A stretch of 64,000 nucleotides of DNA, taken from NCBI GenBank assembly GCA_963675525.2, contig CAXXSL010000016.1:32001-96000 (forward strand), in the 5' to 3' direction. The position numbers and the translations under genes are program-made. The DNA comes from Anaerohalosphaeraceae bacterium (lineage in GTDB: Bacteria; Planctomycetota; Phycisphaerae; Sedimentisphaerales; Anaerohalosphaeraceae). This document shows, piece by piece, positions 50,128 to 59,420 of this stretch; within the stretch, counting starts at the first letter, position 1; every line of letters starts with the position of its first letter. Under the pieces are notes generated by a model. The model searched no databases and was not told the DNA's origin. It saw nothing but the letters and a program-made list of their open reading frames with translations.

Positions 50128-50757
50128 ATGGCATTGAATAGTCATTTAGTACCGATAGTGATCGAACAGAGCGGCCGCGGCGAGCGGGCCTATGATATTT
50201 ATTCGCGCCTGCTCAAAGACCGTATCATTTTTCTCGGCGGCGGCGTCGATGACGATGTAGCCAATCTCATCATTGCACAGATGCTGTTTTTGAGCAATGA
50301 GAACGATGAGGCGGATATCCACTTTTATATCAATTCCCCCGGCGGCGTCATCACCTCGGGACTGGCCATCTATGACACCATGCAGTTTTTGCGGTGCGAA
50401 GTATCGACCTATTGCGTTGGGCAGGCGGCGAGCATGGGGTCTGTGCTGTTTGCCGGCGGTGCCAAAGGCAAACGCTATATGCTGCCGAACAGCCGGATTC
50501 TGCTGCACCAACCGCTGATCTCCGGCGTGATGCAGGGACCGGCCACCGACCTTGAGATCGAAGCCAAAGAGATCTTGCGGCTGCGCGAACGGCTGTATGA
50601 AATTCTTTCCACTCATACCGGCAAAGACGCCAAAAAAATCGAGAAAGACTGCGACCGAAACCTCTGGCTGGAAGCTCAGGAGTCCATCGACTACGGACTG
50701 GCCGACCAAGTCCTGAAGAAAGCCCCTCATGTTGCCAAAGAGGATGACAAAAAATAA
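50128..50757 (+). CDS. clpP: ATP-dependent Clp protease proteolytic subunit (paralog 2)
   Basis: [39 protein letters not shown]. Confidence 0.96.
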   Translation: MALNSHLVPIVIEQSGRGERAYDIYSRLLKDRIIFLGGGVDDDVANLIIAQMLFLSNENDEADIHFYINSPGGVITSGLAIYDTMQFLRCEVSTYCVGQAASMGSVLFAGGAKGKRYMLPNSRILLHQPLISGVMQGPATDLEIEAKEILRLRERLYEILSTHTGKDAKKIEKDCDRNLWLEAQESIDYGLADQVLKKAPHVAKEDDKK

Positions 50758-50766
50758 CGAATTCAT

Positions 50767-50796
50767 AAGCCTGTCCGAAAACAGGCTTTTCTTTTT
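50767..50796 (+). terminator. Terminator after clpP2
   Basis: AAGCCTGT-ccgaaa-ACAGGCTT followed by TTCTTTTT. Confidence 0.65.
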
Positions 50797-50823
50797 CAAA
50801 AAAAGAAACCGGGAGAATCGGGC

Positions 50824-51426
50824 ATGACGAAATGGATCTTAAGATGCATCATTGTCACACTGGCAGTCGTCCTGACGGGTGGATGCGGCATTGGCAAAAA
50901 CCCGCTTTTGGGTGATATCGACAACTTGAAAAACGAAAACACCGAATTGTCCCTGAAAGTTCAATCGCTCCAACAGGAAAATGTCCAACTCACCGACCAG
51001 GTCAATACGCTTTCGTCGCTGGATAAAGACGTCCGGCTGAACAGCCTGGATACACTCGATAAAATTCGCATCGCTAAACGCACCGGCTTGTATGACAAAG
51101 ACGAAGATGGTACCCGCGAAACATTGGCCGTGTACATTGAGACACTGGACACCGCGCAGGACTTTATCAAAGCTGTCGGCACCGCGCAGGTTGAACTATG
51201 GGATCTGGACGCCAACCCGACCGCGGCAAAGCTGGCCGAATGGTCGCTGACACCCGAACAACTGCACCCGCTCTGGGGCGGCAACGTCTTCGCAGGCTAT
51301 TACCGCCTTTCCTTCCCGGTCGCCGGCATCGTAACCGGCCAGGAGAAAACATTGACCGTCAAGGTCACCTTTACCGACACGCTGAGCGGCAAAGTGCTCC
51401 GTGACCAGACAACCATCGAACGGTAA
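50824..51426 (+). CDS. Hypothetical lipoprotein with coiled coil
   Basis: Lipobox VLTGGC; GGGAG RBS. Confidence 0.75.
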   Translation: MTKWILRCIIVTLAVVLTGGCGIGKNPLLGDIDNLKNENTELSLKVQSLQQENVQLTDQVNTLSSLDKDVRLNSLDTLDKIRIAKRTGLYDKDEDGTRETLAVYIETLDTAQDFIKAVGTAQVELWDLDANPTAAKLAEWSLTPEQLHPLWGGNVFAGYYRLSFPVAGIVTGQEKTLTVKVTFTDTLSGKVLRDQTTIER

Positions 51427-51442
51427 TCGCTCCCTGTAGATG

Positions 51443-51625
51443 TTACAGTTCATTGTCTCTCCACGGACACTTTCTCAACCATTCATCCCGAATGTCCTGC
51501 GCGCTTTTTCTCCGGCCGGGGCAGTCGGATATCGAGCCGCCCGAGTTCCAGATGCATTGCCAGAGTTTTTTCAGCAATCTCCAGCAACTGCTTTTTTCAT
51601 TTTGTTCGTTTCTGGGTGTCTTCAT
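51443..51625 (-). CDS. Small hypothetical protein (60 aa, Trp/Cys-rich)
   Basis: AGGAG RBS before the ATG; lies just downstream of the attenuator-like terminator. Confidence 0.55.
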   Translation of the reverse strand: MKTPRNEQNEKSSCWRLLKKLWQCIWNSGGSISDCPGRRKSAQDIRDEWLRKCPWRDNEL

Positions 51626-51708
51626 GTTCGTCTCTCCTGGGTCTTCTAATGTTCTTAAATATCAATTGCCTCTTATCTGTTTCGAAGGGGATACGTGTTT
51701 TAGGCAAT

Positions 51709-51747
51709 AAAAAAAGCCTTCCGGGGATCGAATCCCTGGAAGGCTTT
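51709..51747 (-). terminator. Strong terminator hairpin (putative attenuator)
   Basis: Minus strand AAAGCCTTCCAGGGAT-tcg-ATCCCCGGAAGGCTTTTTTT. Confidence 0.8.
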
Positions 51748-51775
51748 ATAAAATACAAATAATGAAAGACTTACA

Positions 51776-51916
51776 TTAGGGTTCGTCCTCCTGAACAAAA
51801 CGGATCAGGCCTGTCGGCAGCGGGCGATTAAATGCCACAATCCAATCCACCTTGTCGGCGCGCATCATCAGCGAGGTATGCTGGCAATAACCAAAACTAA
51901 ATCGGTGTAAGCTCAT
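51776..51916 (-). CDS. Putative leader peptide (46 aa) MSLHRFSFGYCQHTSLMMRADKVDWIVAFNRPLPTGLIRFVQEDEP
   Basis: TGAGGA RBS just upstream of the ATG; stop about 30 nt before the terminator; absent from the supplied ORF track (below its length cutoff). Confidence 0.6.
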   Translation of the reverse strand: MSLHRFSFGYCQHTSLMMRADKVDWIVAFNRPLPTGLIRFVQEDEP

Positions 51917-52123
51917 TGTTTCCTCACTGTACGCTTTCGAACCTTGTCTTTATTTTGCGAAAAAATTCTCACTACACGTAATGAGTCGTAAAATCAAGAA
52001 ATTGTTTCAACAAAAATGTTGATTTTTGATTTTTTTTACTGGATTGGGAATAATCCCCTCCGCATCTTCAGTAAAAACACCGAAAGAATCGCAGATAGTA
52101 TGATGGGACCATGCAAGGATCGC

Positions 52124-52483
52124 TTATCCGCCGGCATATTTGACGGTATAGCCTTTGGCGGTGAGCACCTCGAAGAGTTTATCGCGATGGTCGCCCTGAA
52201 TTTCGACGGCGCCATCTTTGACAGTTCCGCCGCAACCGCATTGGGCCTTAAGTTCCCGGGCAAGCTGTTTCAGTTCCGGCAACTTCATCGGCAGACCGGT
52301 AATGACCGTTACCCCCTTGCCCTTGCGGCCTTTGGTTTCTCTCGAAATGCGAACGATACCGTCTCCGGCGGGGATGGATTCCTCGATTGAGCAAATGCAG
52401 GCATCCATCGCCCTGCCGCAATCGGGACACATCCGCCCATGATCGGTCGAATAAACGAGTCCGTTCTTTTTGTCTGACATCAT
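52124..52483 (-). CDS. yciH: Translation initiation factor SUI1/eIF1 homolog
   Basis: LVYSTDHG, GDGIVRISRETKGRKGKGVT, CGCGGTVKDG, IQGDHR. Confidence 0.93.
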   Translation of the reverse strand: MMSDKKNGLVYSTDHGRMCPDCGRAMDACICSIEESIPAGDGIVRISRETKGRKGKGVTVITGLPMKLPELKQLARELKAQCGCGGTVKDGAVEIQGDHRDKLFEVLTAKGYTVKYAGG

Positions 52484-52502
52484 AAATCCTTTTCAACTCA
52501 AT

Positions 52503-52542
52503 AAAAAAAGCTCTCGGCATTATAACCATGCGGAGAGCTTTT
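52503..52542 (-). terminator. Terminator after fusA
   Basis: Minus strand AAAGCTCTCCGCATggttataATGCCGAGAGCTTTTTTT. Confidence 0.7.
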
Positions 52543-52567
52543 GGAATTGGTATTTATTGTTTACGCT

Positions 52568-54658
52568 TTATTTTTTTGCGGCGTTTTCTTCGCGGCGTTT
52601 GGCGATGATCTCTTCGGCGATCTTAACCGGGACTTTGGCGTAACGCTTCATTTCCATCGTGAAGGTCGCCATGCCTTTGCTCATGCCGCGAATCACCGTG
52701 GCATACCCGAACATGCTTGCCAGCGGGACCTCGGCGTTGACCACGGTAAACGTGTCGCGGGCTTCGGTGCCGAGGATGAGCCCGCGGCGGGCATTGATAT
52801 CACCGACGATCGACCCCTGGAATTCGTTGGGCATTTCGATCTCGACTGCCATAATGGGTTCGAGCAGGCAGGGTTTGGCTTTTCTGAATGCTTCGGTAAA
52901 CGCATCGCGTGCACAGATACGGAACGCCATTTCGCTGGAGTCCACCGCATGGTACGAGCCGTCGTCGAGGCACATTTTACAACCGACGATCTCGTAACCG
53001 GCAATCGGTCCCTTCTTCATGGCTTCGATGAAACCTTTGTTGACAGCGGGGATATATTCGCCGGGGATACGTCCGCTGACAATGTTGTCTTCAAAGTCAT
53101 AGGTGGACTCGGCATCTGTTTCCAGCGGGATCATTCGTCCGACAACGTGTGCATACTGGCCGCTGCCGCCGGTCTGCTTTTTGTGTTTGTAGTTGAAATC
53201 CGACTGCGCTGTCGGGGCCTCACGATAGCTGACGCTGGGAGCACCAACGGTCACTTCGGCCTTGAATTCACGACGCATGCGTTCAACATAGACATCCAGA
53301 TGCAGTTCACCCATGCCGGCGATGATCGTCTGGCCGGTTTCCGGATCGCTGCTGACACGGAAGGTCGGGTCCTCTTTCATGAATCGGCTCAGTGCCTTAC
53401 TCATGCGGTCCTGAGCACCGGAATCCACCGGTGTGATCGACAGGCTGATGACCGGCTCGGCTACAAAAATACTTTCGAGCGAGTAGTTGACGCCATCACC
53501 GCAGAAGGTATCACCGCTGGCACAGTCCACACCGACCAAGGCCACGATGTCGCCGGGGCCGGCGTCGGCAATATCGACCCGGTCATTGGCGTGCATCCGG
53601 ACAATACGACCGATCCGCTGCATTTTGTTGGTGCGGGCGTTGCGATAGTGCCGCCCTTTTTCGATCGTTCCCTGATACACACGGGTATAGGTCAACTGGC
53701 CGAATGTTTCATCGGCGATCTTGAACGCCATCGCAACAACGGGTGCATCCGGATCGCTTTCCAGCGGAACCTCGGTGCCCTCATTGTCGTGGTCGCGGGC
53801 AAACGCCGGACGGTCCAGCGGGCTGGGCAGATAATCACACACCGCATCCATCAGCGGCTGAACACCTTTATTCTTGAACGCCGAACCCAGCATCAACGGA
53901 ACAATATCCCGATTGATCGTCGCCTCGCGAACGGTTTCATAAATCATGGCAACTTGGACGGTTTTGTCTTCTAACAGCAGTTCCATCAAGTCATCGTTGA
54001 ACATGCTCAATGCTTCCAGCATTGTGTGACGGGCGGCTTTGGCCTCTTCCTGGTACTCAACAGGGATGACCTTGCGGATGACTTTCTCGCCGCCGTCGCC
54101 TTCAAACGACAGTGCTTCCATCGTGATCAGGTCGATGACACCCTTAAAGTCGTCTCCGGCCCCCATGTTGATCTGAATGGGAACGATGTTCAGGCCGAGT
54201 TTTTCGCGCAGGTCGCGTTCGACACGTTCGGGGTCGGCGCCGGTGCGGTCCATCTTGTTGATAAAAGCAATGCGCGGGACGCGGTAGCGTTTCATCTGCT
54301 GGTCCACGGTAATCGACTGGCTTTGAACACCGCCGACGGCACAGAGAATCATGACCGCTCCGTCGAGTACCCGCAGCGACCGCTCGACCTCAACAGTGAA
54401 ATCCACGTGGCCGGGGGTATCGATAAGGTTGATGTATTTATCGTCCCAGATGACCTGGGTCGCGGCGGAGGTGATGGTGATGCCGCGTTCTTTTTCCAGT
54501 TCCATAAAGTCCATGGTCGCCCCGGTGCCGGATCCGCGGACTTCCTGCATGCGGTGGATGCGGCCGGCATAGAACAGAATGCGTTCGCTGAGCGTGGTCT
54601 TGCCCGAGTCAATATGGGCTGAAATTCCAATATTTCTGATTTTCCTGATGTTTTCCAT
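52568..54658 (-). CDS. fusA: Elongation factor G (stand-alone copy)
   Basis: RNIGISAHIDSGKTT, ERGITITSAAT, DTPGHVDF, NKMD, GMGELHL, HKKQTGGSGQY, DGSYHAVDSSE; GAGGA RBS before ATG 54658. Confidence 0.96.
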   Translation of the reverse strand: MENIRKIRNIGISAHIDSGKTTLSERILFYAGRIHRMQEVRGSGTGATMDFMELEKERGITITSAATQVIWDDKYINLIDTPGHVDFTVEVERSLRVLDGAVMILCAVGGVQSQSITVDQQMKRYRVPRIAFINKMDRTGADPERVERDLREKLGLNIVPIQINMGAGDDFKGVIDLITMEALSFEGDGGEKVIRKVIPVEYQEEAKAARHTMLEALSMFNDDLMELLLEDKTVQVAMIYETVREATINRDIVPLMLGSAFKNKGVQPLMDAVCDYLPSPLDRPAFARDHDNEGTEVPLESDPDAPVVAMAFKIADETFGQLTYTRVYQGTIEKGRHYRNARTNKMQRIGRIVRMHANDRVDIADAGPGDIVALVGVDCASGDTFCGDGVNYSLESIFVAEPVISLSITPVDSGAQDRMSKALSRFMKEDPTFRVSSDPETGQTIIAGMGELHLDVYVERMRREFKAEVTVGAPSVSYREAPTAQSDFNYKHKKQTGGSGQYAHVVGRMIPLETDAESTYDFEDNIVSGRIPGEYIPAVNKGFIEAMKKGPIAGYEIVGCKMCLDDGSYHAVDSSEMAFRICARDAFTEAFRKAKPCLLEPIMAVEIEMPNEFQGSIVGDINARRGLILGTEARDTFTVVNAEVPLASMFGYATVIRGMSKGMATFTMEMKRYAKVPVKIAEEIIAKRREENAAKK

Positions 54659-54998
54659 GTTTTCCTCAAATACTCGTAACTTTAAAGCCGCATGCGGCTC
54701 ATACACATTTTTTTGCCTCGCTCCGGCTGCCTATACACTCCCCACGCAATGATCATAGCGGGTGATAATCTATAGAACGCCAAGCGGGATGTAATAAGAA
54801 CGTCTTGTTTAAATAACAAGAATCTGCGAGTGTATCATAAAAAGAGCATTAGAATCAAGTTAAAAATCATGATAATTCTCTTTCGGCAGAATGACCGGGG
54901 GACATTAATATCCGCAGATGATACCGTTTTTTTCGAGAAACAGGGCTTATTTGTTTGTTTTTTGCGTAAAAACGCAGTTTTTGGTGGTTTTTCTGGTG

Positions 54999-55076
54999 CC
55001 AAATCGCGCCCAAATGGCGCCAAAGTGTACCAAAAATGCGCCAAAGTTAGCCAAAACGTTGCCATTTTGTGCCAAG
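54999..55076 (+). repeat. Helically phased array of 8 CCAAA-like motifs
   Basis: CCAAA at 54999, 55010, 55020, 55030, 55041, 55051; CCATT at 55062; CCAAG at 55072. Confidence 0.7.
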
Positions 55077-55522
55077 AATACACGAACTCATGGACTCAAG
55101 AAGATTGGGTTTGAATTGGGTTTGTTTTTTTGAGAAACATTCTTTAGTTCATCGTCTTTAGTCCTTAGGATAGGATAAGTTACGGCGATTTGGCTGGTTT
55201 TGAAATTGGGTTTGTTTGTTAAAAAAACAGTCTTGAGGCTTTAGACCTGGGGCATGAGGTTATATGGCTCTATGGCCGGGCGATCAGGTATGATTCGCAC
55301 TCATATAGAATTGTTAAAGTATCATACTATTCAATTTTGTGTATTCTACTGCAAGTTAGATGAATGTCAAACAATTTATCCCAAGAATACAGGAATATTA
55401 TGAATACAAGTATACAAGAATTGTGGACTTCTTCCAGATGGCTGGTTTTATGGGTTTTTTAGACGGGATTTAGGGGGATTTTGTAGAATAGTTGATGTTT
55501 TAAGGAGAATTTCACTTATTGA

Positions 55523-56506
55523 TCAATCTCGAAGGAGAGGTGTGTCATTTTGCTCATCAGTTTGACTTTGCCCACCGTCTGGCCAAGCGCCTGACTTCCT
55601 CCAATTGACTATTCTATGAAATATATCTTCATTTGACATAAGAATATTTGATTTAACGGCCAATCTGGTTCTCAAATCATCTAATGCTAAAGTGTAAGGC
55701 AGGTTGTCTGGATTATTATTCAAACCCGAGTATTCTCTGGATATAGCACGCCATATTTGACACAAACTCATAGCTTCTTCAGGCAACAAATCATCATAAG
55801 GTCTGAAATTAAATTGACATGTCGGTAACGGCCAGCCCAAAAAATATTTAACTAGCTCACCTTCCGATATATCTTTCAAATTAATGCAGTGTGGATATAT
55901 TTCTTGTGACCATTCTATTCCACAAACCCTCGAAGTTTCTATAAGTTTAAGTGATTCAGCTTCAGCTTTTGTTAAACTTCGACATTTATTGATTACTGAT
56001 GCCAACCTTGAATCCGCTGTTACTAAAATTACCCTGTTACACGAAAGTCTTGTTTTCATAAGAATTGCAAAAGCACCTATCACACAATCTGTTGCTCCCA
56101 TGGGGCCCTGGCTTTCTAATGGAAAGAATGCGTTTACAGGAGAAATTAAGTTTGAAAACAAAACATGGTCTGGCTCATGTTCAATCTGAACAATTTTTCT
56201 AATTTTAACTGAATCATTGAGTTTAGAAAGAACGCTCTGATAATCACTATCTGATAGCTGTTTGGATGGATCAGCTTTCAGCTCACCAGACCAAGTGCAA
56301 TATTTGTATTTGTCAATAACCCCTAATGCTTCAGCAATGCAGATACCAGGTGCATAAAGCCTTATATTAGGCCAATTAGTTTCACAAATTGATTTAATTA
56401 ATATCTGGCTTCTTTTTTTTACCGTATCGTCTTTGTGGGTGATGGGACAAAAACCTGCTGCCAAAATGTTTGTATCAACTACAACATGAACTTGCGCATC
56501 ATTCAT
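55523..56506 (-). CDS. PIN-domain nuclease with a C-terminal helical 'RKS' domain
   Basis: VVVDTNIL, IAEALG, GATDCVI, VTADSRL supply the four acidic PIN positions; AT-rich codon usage. Confidence 0.75.
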   Translation of the reverse strand: MNDAQVHVVVDTNILAAGFCPITHKDDTVKKRSQILIKSICETNWPNIRLYAPGICIAEALGVIDKYKYCTWSGELKADPSKQLSDSDYQSVLSKLNDSVKIRKIVQIEHEPDHVLFSNLISPVNAFFPLESQGPMGATDCVIGAFAILMKTRLSCNRVILVTADSRLASVINKCRSLTKAEAESLKLIETSRVCGIEWSQEIYPHCINLKDISEGELVKYFLGWPLPTCQFNFRPYDDLLPEEAMSLCQIWRAISREYSGLNNNPDNLPYTLALDDLRTRLAVKSNILMSNEDIFHRIVNWRKSGAWPDGGQSQTDEQNDTPLLRD

Positions 56507-56549
56507 ATTTTTTCCCTTCTAAACTCAAGATTCGCTTCGTTTCCGAGGG

Positions 56550-56578
56550 ATTATACCCTCATAATCTCAATATTGCAA
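56550..56578 (-). promoter_or_regulatory. Sigma70-type promoter of the PIN gene
   Basis: Minus strand TTGCAA-17 bp-TATAAT. Confidence 0.75.
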
Positions 56579-56638
56579 GGAACCTGTCAATATCTCATGT
56601 CGTAAAAGATTAAATACGAGTTTTCCACCAAAAGCCGC

Positions 56639-56666
56639 TTGAAATTCACACAACTATCTGTATTAT
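56639..56666 (+). promoter_or_regulatory. Sigma70-type promoter for a probably leaderless methyltransferase mRNA
   Basis: TTGAAA-16 bp-TATTAT, then 6 nt to ATG 56673; no Shine-Dalgarno. Confidence 0.55.
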
Positions 56667-56672
56667 AACCAC

Positions 56673-57680
56673 ATGCAAGAATTCAAAAATAAAATAATCC
56701 TTGGCGACTGTATAACTAAGCTAAATACAATCAACGAGCCTTTCGTAGATTTGGTCTTTGCTGATCCCCCGTTTAACATCGGTTTTGAATATGACAAATA
56801 TGACGATAACAAAGATGCCGGGGATTACGCAGATTGGACCTTTCGGTGGATGCAAGCTTGCAACAAAATCCTCAAAGAAACGGGGTCTTTCTATGTTGCA
56901 ATTGGTGATGAGCATGTTGTTGATGTGAAACTAGCAGCAGACAGGCTAAACCTCTTTTTGCGTAATTGGATCATTTGGCATTATAGTTTCGGTCAACAAA
57001 CTAAAACAAAATTCGCCCGTGCTCATACCCATATTCTTTATTTCGTTAAAAACGAAAAAGAATTCTGCTTTAATGCTAAAGAAACTAGGATTATTTCTGA
57101 TAGACAACGAAATTATAGAGACAAAAGGGCTAATAAAGATGGCAAGATGCCGGATGATGTCTGGGATGAATATCCGAGACTCTGTGGTACTTTTGAAGAA
57201 CGAAAGGGATTTCACCCCTGCCAAATGCCGGAAAGTCTGTTATCAAGAATTATCAGAGTTAGTTCGAATCAAGGTGATTGGGTTTTCGACCCTTTTAGTG
57301 GATCAGGCACTACTTGCGTTGTTGCTCATAAATTAAAACGCAATTACACCGGTATTGAATTATCTCCTGAGTATGCAAAAGAATCGCGTAAGAGAATTAA
57401 ACAATCTGAGAGTCTTCCTGTAATTGGAGAAAATAAGCCTGATTGGAATAGTCATTTAGAGAATGAACTTAAATGGCTATACCATGAAAACAAAGTACCT
57501 ACAGACCAACTCATAAAAGATACATACCTTTTAAATATATTCACTGGGAAATATAACGCACGAATCCATGATGGCCGCAATATATTCACAAACAAAGATA
57601 TTTCCGAAAAATTATTGAAATTACGCAAAAGTGCCAAACTTGGTCCACTAAAAACTACAACCCACCCTAATGAACAATAA
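56673..57680 (+). CDS. Beta-class N4-C/N6-A DNA methyltransferase with a C-terminal 'RKS' domain
   Basis: FADPPFN (motif IV) precedes HPCQMP and DPFSGSGTT (motif I), then GIELS. Confidence 0.92.
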   Translation: MQEFKNKIILGDCITKLNTINEPFVDLVFADPPFNIGFEYDKYDDNKDAGDYADWTFRWMQACNKILKETGSFYVAIGDEHVVDVKLAADRLNLFLRNWIIWHYSFGQQTKTKFARAHTHILYFVKNEKEFCFNAKETRIISDRQRNYRDKRANKDGKMPDDVWDEYPRLCGTFEERKGFHPCQMPESLLSRIIRVSSNQGDWVFDPFSGSGTTCVVAHKLKRNYTGIELSPEYAKESRKRIKQSESLPVIGENKPDWNSHLENELKWLYHENKVPTDQLIKDTYLLNIFTGKYNARIHDGRNIFTNKDISEKLLKLRKSAKLGPLKTTTHPNEQ

Positions 57681-57746
57681 TTCAATAAACCAAGTTAAGT
57701 GTGTTTCTTAAATCTCAGAGCACCTTGCATTTAAGGACTTTTTGAC

Positions 57747-59414
57747 GTGGGTCAAGAAACGGTAAAAAATAATATCATTCCTGTGCTTGTCGGGTTTGTG
57801 CTTTCGGCGATACTGCTGACGGTTATCCAGACGCCGTTTGAGCTGTCGTACCTGGCATGGACGGCGTGGGTGCCGTTTATGCTGGCCTGCCGGGAGGATA
57901 TTTCCACGCGAAAACTGCTGCTCTGCGCTTACGGGGTGGGGTTGTGTTACTGGTTCGGCAATCTTTACTGGCTCAGCATCGTCACGCTTCCCGGGTATCT
58001 GTGCTTTCCGTTCGTGCAGGCGCTTTACTGGACTGTATTAGCGTATTGCGTTCGGTTTGTCCGGCGGAAAAAATGGCCGCTGTTTTTGGCAGCGCCGGTG
58101 ATCTTCGTGGGTGCCGAGGCCGTTCAGGGGTATCTGGGCACCGGTTTTAGCTGGTATTTCCTGGCGCACAGCCAATATGCCAATCTGCAACTGATCCAGA
58201 TCTGTGATATTTTCGGGGCATTAGGGGTCTCGGTACTGATCGTTATGGGAAATGGATTGATCGCACAATACCTTCTTAAACAAAAACAGTTATCAAAGGG
58301 CTGGCGCATTGAGTTAGCAATCTTTTGTGCCATGCTGGCGGGAAGTTGGTTATACGGAGATAAACGGCTGGCTGAAACGCCGGAGTATTTGACTCAAGGG
58401 CCGCTGGTCGGTTCGGTACAGCCGAACGTGCCGGCCTATGTCAAAGAGGAGATCGACAAAGGGCAGGAAATCCTTGACGGCCTGATCGACAAGAGCGATC
58501 ATTGCATTCAGGCCGGAGCCAAGCTGGTGATCTGGCCGGAAACGATGGTGCTGGCCCCGATGAATCCTCAATTTATTTCCTCACTCTATCGTGATGCACC
58601 GATATCGAGGCAATTTCGCAGACACATTCTCGACTTTTGCAGGGATAACACCTATGTTCTCTTCGGCGCGTCTTCAGTGAACACGAGGCTTGACAATATC
58701 GACCAGTACAACTCCGCTTTTCTATACCGGCCCGATGGACAGGCGGATCCCAAACGCTATGACAAGATCCACCTGGTTCCGTTTGGTGAATACATCCCGT
58801 TCAAGGAATCGGCTCCGTGGATCTACCGATCGATCCTTTTCCTGACGCCCTATGACTATGACTATAATCTAACCGCCGGGACGGACCACACGCCCTTTGC
58901 GGTGAATATCGACGAAACGACCTACCGCTTCGGAGTGCTGATCTGCTATGAGGATACCGACCCGACGGTCACACGAAAACATGTTTTAGACGAAAACGGG
59001 AACAAACGGTGCGATTGGCTCGTAAATATCAGCAATGACGGCTGGTATGTGTTCTTCAAAGACAAAAAAGTGCGGCCAACGGTTGAACTGGCGCAGCGAA
59101 CGGCGATCAGTGTGTTTCGCTGTATCGAAAACCGGATCAGCATCATCCGCAGCGTCAATACCGGTATCAGTTGTCTGATCGAGCCGACCGGAAAAATACG
59201 CAACGATTTTCAAGCCGGCAACCTGCCTGAAACCGCGATGCAGCGCCAGGGCGTGGAGGGCTGGTTTGTTGATACGGTGCCGATTGACAGCCGCATTACC
59301 TGTTTCAGCCGTTACGGCCGATGGCTGGATTGGGCCCTGATCGTATTTTTTGTGGCACTTTTCGGCCTGGCAGTATATGATCGGCGAAGAAATAAACCCA
59401 AAGCAGGAGAATAA
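57747..59414 (+). CDS. lnt: Apolipoprotein N-acyltransferase
   Basis: VQPNV, IWPET, YNSA, YDKIHLVPFGEYIP, LICYED, ISNDGW, RSVNTGIS. Confidence 0.95.
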   Translation: MGQETVKNNIIPVLVGFVLSAILLTVIQTPFELSYLAWTAWVPFMLACREDISTRKLLLCAYGVGLCYWFGNLYWLSIVTLPGYLCFPFVQALYWTVLAYCVRFVRRKKWPLFLAAPVIFVGAEAVQGYLGTGFSWYFLAHSQYANLQLIQICDIFGALGVSVLIVMGNGLIAQYLLKQKQLSKGWRIELAIFCAMLAGSWLYGDKRLAETPEYLTQGPLVGSVQPNVPAYVKEEIDKGQEILDGLIDKSDHCIQAGAKLVIWPETMVLAPMNPQFISSLYRDAPISRQFRRHILDFCRDNTYVLFGASSVNTRLDNIDQYNSAFLYRPDGQADPKRYDKIHLVPFGEYIPFKESAPWIYRSILFLTPYDYDYNLTAGTDHTPFAVNIDETTYRFGVLICYEDTDPTVTRKHVLDENGNKRCDWLVNISNDGWYVFFKDKKVRPTVELAQRTAISVFRCIENRISIIRSVNTGISCLIEPTGKIRNDFQAGNLPETAMQRQGVEGWFVDTVPIDSRITCFSRYGRWLDWALIVFFVALFGLAVYDRRRNKPKAGE

Positions 59415-59420
59415 CGTACC

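Noticed and set aside
52541..54622. 477-aa and 198-aa plus-strand ORFs
   Set aside because: Antisense shadows of fusA
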